Of a stretch of DNA of 64,000 nucleotides, positions 55,417-64,000 are shown piece after piece (the first letter of the stretch is position 1; the number at the start of each line of letters is the position of its first letter). Location: IMG/VR virus record IMGVR_UViG_3300024270_000055. One strand, given 5' to 3'. The DNA is from an uncultured virus (IMG/VR IMGVR_UViG_3300024270_000055). Taxonomy: Duplodnaviria; Heunggongvirae; Uroviricota; Caudoviricetes. Under the pieces are notes generated by a model that did no database searches, had not been told where the DNA came from, and saw only the letters and a list, made by a program, of their open reading frames with translations. The position numbers and the translations under genes are program-made.

Positions 55417-55981
55417 CAATATCACTACCATTAGGCAGGCATTGGATACAGAAAACCCAATTCAGCTTTCCGAATGGAAACGTGAAGCACCAGACCAAAT
55501 CCGTGCCGTTCTCATCAAGTTTATTGAAGGGTCACTCGAATACTTCTCATTCAAGAGAACCGACATGTCCCCACAACAGATTGTGATGATTGTGAATGAC
55601 ATCATGGAGAAATACTACTATTTCCGTCTTGAAGATGTTTGTCTATGCTTCAAGAAAGGTAGAATCGACAGCGGTTACCGAAAATTCTACGGAAGGGTTG
55701 ACGGCTCTGTCTTTCTCGAATGGTTTGCCAAATATGACAAGGAACGTGAGAATGTAGTACAATCGCACCCTTCAAACAACCTCAGTCCAATTGACTTGTC
55801 AAATGGAGTTCCGTTTGAGCAATACGAAGAGGATATGCTTGCGAGGATGGCTGGCGGAGACCTGTACGCAAATGAACAGTACATGCAGATGAAGAGCGTA
55901 CAGCAGTTGTTTGCAATGAATATGGGGGCATACAAGAATTATCAATATAACAGGAAGCATCGCTTTGACAATAGAAAGTAA
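55325..55981 (+). CDS. Replication-module hypothetical protein (possible helicase loader)
   Basis: YYYFRLEDV.LCFK...FYGRVD..VFLEWF.KY; follows the initiator-like gene. Confidence 0.5.
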   Translation: MATEITLEDRKAEVVRVFSTQPMLYCKNISNNITTIRQALDTENPIQLSEWKREAPDQIRAVLIKFIEGSLEYFSFKRTDMSPQQIVMIVNDIMEKYYYFRLEDVCLCFKKGRIDSGYRKFYGRVDGSVFLEWFAKYDKERENVVQSHPSNNLSPIDLSNGVPFEQYEEDMLARMAGGDLYANEQYMQMKSVQQLFAMNMGAYKNYQYNRKHRFDNRK

Positions 55982-55985
55982 TAAC

Positions 55986-56549
55986 ATGGAAGTAAGAATC
56001 AAGCAAGGAGAAGAAATGATAGATGCCACAATCGAAATGATTGATGATGTTATGGTTGTGTCACCGAAGGAAGTGAAGTTTGAACCGAAGGATGGGGATG
56101 TGTGCAAATCAATTAATTGCATCTACATATTTAAAGGATTAAGGCATTCTAATGTTTGTAAAGATAAATCAGCCATTATTTACCATTGTTGTTATAATGG
56201 CGATTACCTTACAACGATTGAGAATGTTGGTGTTGGACATATAAGCCGTAATCAAAGGTACGCCACCGAAGAAGAGAAGAAGCTCTTGTTCGACAAGCTA
56301 GCAGAGAAAGAATTGGCTTGGGATGCTGAGAAGAAGGAGCTTGTCAAATTGAAGTGGAAACCGAAAGATGATGAGCTATATTGTAGACCAGGGTTTAATA
56401 ACGAAGAATTTGCATGTTATAAAGACCGATGGGATAATACCAAATATGAAAATTTCCTCTACAACAAAGGCTGGATATTCAAGACCGAACAAGAGTGCCA
56501 AGAGTTCTGTGACCGTCTTAATGAGGCGATAAATAGTGTGAAACTATAA
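55986..56549 (+). CDS. Hypothetical protein
   Basis: RYATEEEKKLLFDKL...WDAEKK motif. Confidence 0.6.
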   Translation: MEVRIKQGEEMIDATIEMIDDVMVVSPKEVKFEPKDGDVCKSINCIYIFKGLRHSNVCKDKSAIIYHCCYNGDYLTTIENVGVGHISRNQRYATEEEKKLLFDKLAEKELAWDAEKKELVKLKWKPKDDELYCRPGFNNEEFACYKDRWDNTKYENFLYNKGWIFKTEQECQEFCDRLNEAINSVKL

Positions 56550-56560
56550 ATCAGACAATC

Positions 56561-57169
56561 ATGAAAACAAAGATAGAAATCAAATCAATATTCGGTAATG
56601 TCCTTTTCGAGTTTAAGAAGGAGAGTAATTCGGTAAAGGATACATTGATAGAAGCAGTTAAGCGTGATGCTTACTTGCGTGATGCTAACTTGTATGGTGC
56701 TGACTTGCGTGGTGCTGACTTGCGTGATGCTTACTTGGGTGGTGCTTACTTGCGTGATGCTGACTTGCGTGATGCTAACTTGGGTGGTGCTGACTTGTGT
56801 GGTGCTGACTTGCGTGGTGTTAACTTGGGTGGTGCTGACTTGTGTGGTGCTGACTTGTGTGGTGCTAACTTGCGTGATGCTGGCTTGCGTGATGCTAACT
56901 TGGGTGATGCTGACTTGCGTGGTGTTAACTTGGGTGAATTGGGTAAAATCCAAAGTTCCTCCGACATCTTAATTGTAGGAAGGATTGGTTCTCGAAATGA
57001 TTATACCACAATATTCCATACAGACAAAGGTGTATTCGTAAGATGCGGATGCTTCAAAGGGACATTGGATGAGTTCGAGTCAAAGGTTAAACAAACTCAT
57101 AATGGAAGTAAGCATGAGAAGGATTACCTCGCACTAATCCAGTTCGTCAAGATTAAGTTTGAGTTATGA
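56561..57169 (+). CDS. Pentapeptide-repeat protein
   Basis: About 18 A(D/N/Y)L(R/C/G)(D/G) repeats; C-terminal RCGCFKGTLDEF. Confidence 0.92.
   Translation: MKTKIEIKSIFGNVLFEFKKESNSVKDTLIEAVKRDAYLRDANLYGADLRGADLRDAYLGGAYLRDADLRDANLGGADLCGADLRGVNLGGADLCGADLCGANLRDAGLRDANLGDADLRGVNLGELGKIQSSSDILIVGRIGSRNDYTTIFHTDKGVFVRCGCFKGTLDEFESKVKQTHNGSKHEKDYLALIQFVKIKFEL
56662..56937 (+). repeat. 15-bp coding tandem repeat
   Basis: Units such as GATGCTGACTTGCGT. Confidence 0.9.
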
Positions 57170-57302
57170 TAGACGATTACCAACCAAGCGAAAGCCTCTT
57201 AGACGGGGATTTTAGCTGCGAAACTACGGAGGAGGAAATATAATGGAGGTATTGAGTATTATATCGTGCATATTGGTTTTCTTTGTTTGCATCTTGATTT
57301 AC

Positions 57303-57698
57303 CTACTTCCTATTATATGCAACAAAACAGATAATTCCAAAGATAATGTTTGTAACGACAATAGAGAAACTCAATAAGTTATACCCCAAATCATGCAAAT
57401 ATGGTATGGGTATAAGAGTAGATGATATTGCTATTGTCGGCAATATGAGCATCATTTTAGTTATTCTATCGTTGAAACCGCATTTTTGTAATGGGATAGC
57501 ATGTGCTATAAATGATAGATACACGCACCCTATACTAAATGCTGAAGTGAAAATCGTTTGGAGATGCATTTCTAGGTTTTTGAACTCCGGGATATAAAAG
57601 TAAAGCAATGTAAAGCATAACGGCAATAAAATACAGAAGCAAGAGAATATGTCCTTTTCTGATTTTGAGAACTCTTTTAGTATATTAAAGAAATCCAT
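57303..57698 (-). CDS. Multi-pass membrane protein (moron)
   Basis: About four hydrophobic segments, AT-rich, own TAACTTTG promoter near 57724-57731. Confidence 0.7.
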   Translation of the reverse strand: MDFFNILKEFSKSEKDIFSCFCILLPLCFTLLYFYIPEFKNLEMHLQTIFTSAFSIGCVYLSFIAHAIPLQKCGFNDRITKMMLILPTIAISSTLIPIPYLHDLGYNLLSFSIVVTNIIFGIICFVAYNRK

Positions 57699-57813
57699 AA
57701 CAATAAAAATTTTAGTGACATCGCAAAGTTATAAATAAATTCGGAGTGTTCGGCTAAACAATAAAAGTTTTAGTGACGCATTACTTCTATTAGGTCGAAC
57801 ACTCCACTTTATA

Positions 57814-60800
57814 TTGACGATTATGAAAATAGAAACTAAGTACAATGTTGGTGACAAAGTATGGGTCATTAACGATACTCAGAAGGCAGTTAATGTCCAA
57901 ATTCAACACATAGACGTGGAGTTTCATTCAGCAACTCCCTTTGATGATGACATGTTAAGTATCACTTATGAGTTTGGATTTGGCAAAAGATGTGAAGGGT
58001 TTGTTTTCCCCACCAAAGAAGAATTACTTAAAAGTTTGTAGAGTATGAAAGAGATTTTTGAACTTATGAATGAATACCCTATAACTTCGAATTGTGCCTT
58101 AATCTTTATATCATTATTAATATGTGTCTTATCTGTAAGGAGGGATTGATATGAACGAAGTAAGCATAATAATCAACGGAGTGAGGTATGATGCGGTGGA
58201 AGCAGCAGGATGTACTGAATGTGCGTTTTTTGAAAACTGCAAAGACCAATGTGTGTTTTTCGAATTGCCTCTTGATAAGGTTTTCAAGAAATCCGATAAA
58301 AAGTTTGAGCCATGAGTAAAGATAAATGTTGCGGAAATTGCATGCACTTCAAGGATGAAGATGTAAGCGGTAAAGGATGGTGCGAAGAACAATCTTGGGT
58401 AACTGAATGTAGTAAGGTATGCAAATGCCATGAACCCGACCTTAACGGTTGGACTGAAATCACTCCCGACAATGTGGATGAGGTAAGAAATAACGAAAAG
58501 AATGCTGTAATAATGCACCCCAAAGAATGGAATGCCCCTGAGATTGTTTGTTTTATAACAGCAGAAAATCTATCCTTTTATTCGAGATGGGGAGGTTACT
58601 ATTACTATGTCTTACCTAAATTAAAATTGGAGGAATCAAAATGAAAGTAAAGGATTTGATAGCAGAATTGAGAAAACTCGACCAAGAGAAAGGGATTTGG
58701 TGTATCTATGACGGGTTTGCATTAGTAAACCTTGTCCCAGAAGGTGAAGTTGATGAATACGATGTGAGAAATTTCAAGAATGAAGGGATGGAATTAGGAG
58801 ATTATGTAATAAATGCTGACTAATATGGAATTATCCCCATTTGAAAAGAAATGCCTCGCACTCACCATTGGATTAGAGCATAGCGTATGCGATGGGAAGT
58901 ATTGCGAAAGGAAGCTGACTTGTCTTCGATACATGCTTCATACGAAGGCGAGACTTGAAGAACGGGGTGGATGCTTGAGTTATATAGGTAAAACTTTTAA
59001 TGATAACTGTTATTTGAAATATGGACAAGAAGACAAGCAAGAAAATAGATGATGCCGTATCTGAAATAAGGATAGCATTATACAATGCAACTTTGAAGAT
59101 AACCGATGAAGTTCAACGGGAAATAGAAACAAGGCTTATACAGACCATCCACGACCGATGGGAGTATATGGAGAGAAAGAAAGAGAAGAAATGACACTGA
59201 CTGATATATTAACTATGCTCTTTGCGGTTGTAGGACTGCATGGGGAGATATTTAAAGGAGGATAAAATGCGAGTAAATAAAATAATCCACAAAGCCGAAA
59301 GAGCCAACGATGAAGGCTATTGGCTTGTTTGGGCGCAGTGTCACATCAATGGGCAGTACAGGTATTGCACGTTGATATACGATACTTGGGAAGAATCAAG
59401 GGCAGTCAAGGAAGGGCAGCTCTTGGATGTTGAGAAAACAAGATTCAGCATTAGGAGTTATGGATAGGAAACAAAAGCTGTTCAGTCTTCTTTACGAATG
59501 GACGATCGAAGAGAATTGCGACTACTGCAAGTATCTTAAATCGTTCCGTGACGAAGACAATCGACACCCTTGCAACAGGTGTGAGACTTACGATTTATTC
59601 AAGTTGGACGATGCCTTGAAGAAGGAACTGGACGACAGAGTTAGACAAGTTATTAACACAGTTAAAGCTGAATGATTATGAAACTATGGATAGCCCGTAA
59701 TGAGGATTTAAGATTGCTTATATTCCCATGTAAGCCTAATGTGAATCTTAATAAAATAACGGATTTACATTATTGGACTTGCTATAATGCGATGGAAATT
59801 AGCCCAGATAGATTTCCCGAAGTAACCTTTGAGAATAGTCCACAAGAAGTTGAACTTAAATTGGTAAATGACTTATGACAAGAGAAGAAGAAATAAAACG
59901 GTACTGTGCAGACAACGGATTCCCTTATGGAGCTTGTAGCAGTATGTCAAGTCTTAAAGCTAATATAGCAACAGAGGCGATAAAGTGGGCGGATAATCAC
60001 CCAAACGGCAGTCTTATTAAATGGCAGACGGTAGAGCCGAAAGAAAGAGGAGTTTACCTTGTGACATATCAACTTGAACTTTCCCCATATACAACCGCAC
60101 TTTTCTATATTGGTGGGGTATGGTTGAATGGAGATTGGTTGGAATGTCCTAAAAGAAACATTAAGGCTTGGTGTAAGCTAAGCGACATTGAACCTTATAG
60201 AGAAAAGGAGGAAATATAATGAGTAAAGAGTTTGTTAGTATCGTTAAAGCAGAGAATCCGTTTTGGAATTGTGTATGTGCAAGAGTCCGTTCCACGGGGG
60301 TGATAATTATGGTAAGAAACATTCATGCATTTGAGCCTGATGTTGTTCCCGAATGGGTGCAGATTGGTGCAAACGGAATAGAACTTAGACATTTCAAGCA
60401 CCATGAATTAGAATTCTAAGGAGGAAACGAAATGAAAATGACTACAGCAGCAGTATTAATAGAATTGTTTAATTGTGCAACAATCTGTTTCGGTGTTTAT
60501 ATCACTGAGTGCGGATGGTGGTTGTTGTTATTGTGTCTTATGAAAGTTAGTATCAGAGATAAAGATGATAAGGAGGAACAACCATGATATGTATAGCATA
60601 CGCAATATGCGCCACCTTGTAGTGTTCGCAATACTAGGCGTGGTAGCATTTGTGAAATTCGTTAAAACAATTTTTGGAAAGGATGATGAACAATAACGAA
60701 GACCCTCAGAAAGTCTATCTTATCGCAAAGATAGAAGAGCTTGAAAAGAGTTTGAAAACTGCATTAACTCAATCGGACGAAGCAATCAAGCTCGCCAAGA

Positions 60801-60895
60801 TGTACAAGGAGAAGTACGATGACTTGGTAGAAGAAGTCGAGATGTTTAACATGATGCCTTGGTACGAAAGGCTAATACATAAATTTGAAGTATAA
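57814..60895 (+). other. Run of short co-directional hypothetical ORFs
   Basis: More than a dozen tightly packed 60-115 aa ORFs, several Cys-rich; no function recognised. Confidence 0.7.
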
Positions 60896-61485
60896 TGGTA
60901 GAGATAAGCAATGTAAGAGTTTATGATTTAAGGGAGAGTGTAATAAGTTCTAGGAACGCCATGCGGATTGCACCTCCACAATATACGGATGAAGAATTTG
61001 AAGCTGCACTACCGAGAGCAATCAAATTAGCAAAACTCGGTGGAGGAAGCGGACATAGTAATTTCAGAAAGGGTATCCGTGTGTCATTCGACATCAAATA
61101 CCCGAACTATTTCTCTCCAGAGTTGCAAAGATATGGCTTTGTTGATATTGTATGCTCGTCTAGTAAGATGCACAAGTTAACCTCAATGGATATGGACGCT
61201 TGCTTCAACGAGTATGTCACCGATGACACGAAGACCTACATGAAGGTGCTTTTGCAGAGGTACAACCAAGACAAGTCATACGAAAATTGGATGACACTTC
61301 TTTCAAATTGTCCTCTTGGTATAGAATTGTTCATGAGGTGTTCAACCAACTACGAACAGCTTGCAACGATTTATAAGCAAAGAAAGCATCACCGACTGAA
61401 AGATGATTGGGGCGCATTTTGCAAATTTATTGAGTCTCTTCCTTATGCCAACGAATTAATACTTTGTAATTATGATAAACCTTAG
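60895..61485 (+). CDS. ThyX/Thy1-like protein (divergent)
   Basis: GHSNF...ELQRY...SSSKMH...TNYEQL..IYKQR. Confidence 0.5.
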   Translation: MVEISNVRVYDLRESVISSRNAMRIAPPQYTDEEFEAALPRAIKLAKLGGGSGHSNFRKGIRVSFDIKYPNYFSPELQRYGFVDIVCSSSKMHKLTSMDMDACFNEYVTDDTKTYMKVLLQRYNQDKSYENWMTLLSNCPLGIELFMRCSTNYEQLATIYKQRKHHRLKDDWGAFCKFIESLPYANELILCNYDKP

Positions 61486-62521
61486 TACGCCGAATGAAGA
61501 ACTCTTGAAAGAAATACAAGAGGATGAAATTAAGGCTGAATACTGGTTAAAGAAGAAGATTGGCGGAGAATGGAAACTTGAAGAATTAGGTCGATATTTG
61601 TATTATAAGGCAAAGGTTTCAAATAAGATAGAATTCTCCGACAGTATTGAGTATATCTCGCCAAAAGGCAACAGATGGTTTTGTGGCATAAGCGTAGGTA
61701 GCATCAGTGGAAACGCCTACCCGTTTGTCCAACTGAATATGTTCGTTTACTACGAGACATACGGTAGCATCGGTGCTTTTATACCTACGGTTAGTTTGGG
61801 CGCAAATCTTAAATCATGTGTTATATTCACTTCGCACTTCTTCTACCAGTTTTGTGAACGTGCAAAGATTGCATTCAGAAGCAGGGAAATGATTATGGCA
61901 TTTAATAGACTCCTTCCCGTTATGACGTTCAAGATTGTGAAAGATAGGGGTAAAAAAGAAATCTTGTGCAGACTTCCCGGTGGAATAGGTTTCGGAGTAC
62001 CTAGAAGCGAAGATACCTCCGTTGTAGAAATCAGAACCTACCTAACTGACCCCGAACTAAATGGAAGGCAAGGGCGTGTAAGCGAAGATTTGCGAAAGAG
62101 GAGTGACGATAAGACTGACGAATTTCTTGAACTCGCTCTCGGAGCTAATGTAATAGATATAGAGAAGGCTTTCAAGGCGATGAATTTAATGTGCAAAAAT
62201 AATTTGATTAAAGAAGGTTACAAGGAAAGTCAAGCTGTAAACGTCTCGTCTGTATTGTCCATCGTGTATTGCGTATTCGTTTCTGTTGGATATGCAGGAA
62301 GAGTGGACTTCCAACAGCAACGTGAGCATTTCAAGATTAACGCAAAGGTAGTTCACGAAGCATTGCTTAATCCAGACCTAACCGATGACCAACTCTTTGA
62401 AATGCTGTTCACTGCTTGTGCAAAGAATTTAAAGATTGAAGATTTTGATTTAGAGATATGTATGAAGAATCTACATGACTCCGTAGATAAAATTAAGAAA
62501 AAGAAAAATTTGCAAGTATGA
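61472..62521 (+). CDS. Hypothetical protein
   Basis: 349-aa ORF; IFTSHFF.QF.ER motif. Confidence 0.7.
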   Translation: MINLSTPNEELLKEIQEDEIKAEYWLKKKIGGEWKLEELGRYLYYKAKVSNKIEFSDSIEYISPKGNRWFCGISVGSISGNAYPFVQLNMFVYYETYGSIGAFIPTVSLGANLKSCVIFTSHFFYQFCERAKIAFRSREMIMAFNRLLPVMTFKIVKDRGKKEILCRLPGGIGFGVPRSEDTSVVEIRTYLTDPELNGRQGRVSEDLRKRSDDKTDEFLELALGANVIDIEKAFKAMNLMCKNNLIKEGYKESQAVNVSSVLSIVYCVFVSVGYAGRVDFQQQREHFKINAKVVHEALLNPDLTDDQLFEMLFTACAKNLKIEDFDLEICMKNLHDSVDKIKKKKNLQV

Positions 62522-63030
62522 AAGTTAGAATTAAGAAGTTACACAAGGATGCCGTTGTCCCTAGTTATGCACATAAGGGTGACGCTGGTATGGATTTGAC
62601 AGCAATTGATTATTACTTTGACCTTGACGGGAATGTAGTTTACCACACGGGATTGGCAATCGAAATACCCGAAGGATATGTGGGTCTTGTATTCCCACGC
62701 AGTTCAGTATGCAAGAATGACATTAGCCTTGCGAACGCTGTAGGGGTGATTGATTCGGGCTATCGTGGTGAAATCACGCTGAAGTTCAAGCCTACATTGG
62801 TCTTTAATCCTAATGATGATACTGAATTTAAAGAAGGTAAATTCGATGTGCATAGCGGAGTGTCTATCCCTTATGATGAACGGATTCCTATTGAACCTAG
62901 TTTCTATAAGACTGGTGAAAGAATCGGGCAGCTAATCATTATGCCTTATCATAAGATTGAGTTTGAAGAGGTGGAAGAACTAACCGAAACAGATAGGAAC
63001 AATGGCGGATTCGGAAGCACAGGGAAGTAA
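62518..63030 (+). CDS. dut: dUTPase (trimeric)
   Basis: AGMDL, PRSS, GVIDSGYRGEI, RIGQL, RNNGGFGSTG. Confidence 0.96.
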   Translation: MKVRIKKLHKDAVVPSYAHKGDAGMDLTAIDYYFDLDGNVVYHTGLAIEIPEGYVGLVFPRSSVCKNDISLANAVGVIDSGYRGEITLKFKPTLVFNPNDDTEFKEGKFDVHSGVSIPYDERIPIEPSFYKTGERIGQLIIMPYHKIEFEEVEELTETDRNNGGFGSTGK

Positions 63031-63319
63031 GAAATATGACGAAGGGAAATTGATGTGGCATCTTCTTCCATTGTCATTAATCAAGCCCGTAGTTGAGATA
63101 TTCCAATACGGATTGAAGAAGTACAAGGAAGAAGGTTCTTGGAAGCGTCTTGACAATGGTTATATCCGTTATAGGGATGCTTTCTTCAGACATCTTGAAC
63201 GACATGAAAGCGGAGAGTCAAAAGACCCCGAAAGCGGTTTCCCTCATATTCAGCATTGTGCTTGGAACGCACTTGCGATGATGTATTTTGCATTGAGAGA
63301 TGAAAGAAAAGAAATGTAA
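63002..63319 (+). CDS. dATP/dGTP diphosphohydrolase-domain protein (DUF5664-like)
   Basis: KYDEGKL.W.LLP...YG.KKY...W...RH...DPESG.PH..H.AWN. Confidence 0.8.
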   Translation: MADSEAQGSKKYDEGKLMWHLLPLSLIKPVVEIFQYGLKKYKEEGSWKRLDNGYIRYRDAFFRHLERHESGESKDPESGFPHIQHCAWNALAMMYFALRDERKEM

Positions 63320-63791
63320 GCCCCCAAAGTCAAAGGTGGTTGTTATGGAAGTTCTCGACAAGCCTGTAGGATGGTTTGACAGCATCACCGATGCCGCAAG
63401 AAAGCTCGGCTACAACAAGGATTCCATTTCCAACCGAATAAAGAAAGACCTAGTTATATCGGGTGTAAGGATAAGATACCCTAAAGAGGGGGAGGAATAC
63501 ACAAGCCTCCCCAACCTTTCCCCTCCAAAGGTTTACGGAAAAAGCGAAAGACCTAAAGGCAACAGAGGAGGAAAGAAGAAGGCTGAAAAGCCTAAGGAAG
63601 AGAAGAAGGAGGTATTCAAGGAACTCAACAGGGAGAAGTACAGCATCATCCCCTACGAAGTACGAAACGTCCTTCAATGTATCACTCCTTGCCCTTATAT
63701 GCTGTCACCGAAGATTATGGTCGGCAGCGTGAAATGCCAAAAATGCGGCTCGTTCAGGGGAAAAGACAAAAGGACGCATGAAGTGGCTTGA
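63300..63791 (+). CDS. NUMOD1-like HTH protein with Cys-rich C-terminus
   Basis: FDSITDAARKLG; TPCPY...VGSVKCQKC. Confidence 0.55.
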   Translation: MKEKKCKPPKSKVVVMEVLDKPVGWFDSITDAARKLGYNKDSISNRIKKDLVISGVRIRYPKEGEEYTSLPNLSPPKVYGKSERPKGNRGGKKKAEKPKEEKKEVFKELNREKYSIIPYEVRNVLQCITPCPYMLSPKIMVGSVKCQKCGSFRGKDKRTHEVA

Positions 63792-63821
63792 AATAGAAGT
63801 TATTACAAATGAAGTTTAGTT

Positions 63822-64000
63822 ATGGCACTTGAAGATATACTAACCAAGGAAGCGATAGAGGACATTTACAAGGATATATACGCTTCGAAGGAATACAGGA
63901 AACTGGCTGACAAATATCAGTCTTTGAAAGCACAAGGGAACATCGCCCAAGCAGTCATCTATGCCAAGAAGATGAAGCAGTACGAGATTGGAGTTTTCGA
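63822..64000 (+). CDS. Hypothetical protein, partial (runs off the window)
   Basis: MALEDILTKEAIED..., open to the end. Confidence 0.55.
   Translation, partial: MALEDILTKEAIEDIYKDIYASKEYRKLADKYQSLKAQGNIAQAVIYAKKMKQYEIGVF

Larger units (their letters stand above)
1..64000. mobile_element. Temperate tailed bacteriophage genome segment (Bacteroidota host), apparently in non-integrated form
   Basis: Continuous head/tail, packaging, integration, repressor and replication modules with no host housekeeping genes; attP is uninterrupted; Bacteroidota-type promoters. Confidence 0.95.

Noticed and set aside
56662..56937. Tandem repeat as a CRISPR array
   Set aside because: 15-bp in-frame coding units with no unique spacers and no cas genes
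56585..56972. Alternative-frame repeat ORFs (TQVST..., VLTCV...)
   Set aside because: Shadows of the pentapeptide repeat
63002..63319. Z-base (2-aminoadenine) genome system
   Set aside because: No purZ or dedicated polymerase in the window; the hydrolase domain alone is insufficient

Overview
The whole window is part of one temperate tailed (siphovirus-like) phage of a Bacteroidota host, inferred from TAnnTTTG/TTTG promoters, A-rich SD-less gene starts, a lipoprotein with a Bacteroidota export signal and a Bacteroides-type integrase. Left arm (minus strand): a complete diversity-generating retroelement (target/VR, hairpins, avd, TR, RT), tail fibre/adaptor genes, a large tail protein, tape measure, tail and head genes. 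Divergent from these are a terminase carrying a Pro-initiated class-3 intein, the portal and a minor head protein. The middle holds a D5/P4-type primase-helicase, a 100-N gap, small early genes, two tyrosine recombinases, an intact tRNA-type attP and the repressor. The right arm holds recombination, replication and nucleotide-metabolism genes. The least explained signal is non-coding: clusters at about 46.9-47.95 kb and 52.46-53.0 kb interleave tRNA-like scaffolds (one with a 77-nt insert in the anticodon loop, two with truncated anticodon arms), GNRA hairpins and U-rich segments that read as the reverse complement of Bacteroidota translation-start regions. These are a candidate tRNA-processed antisense-RNA array. 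All protein calls come from motif recognition by eye; no database search was run.
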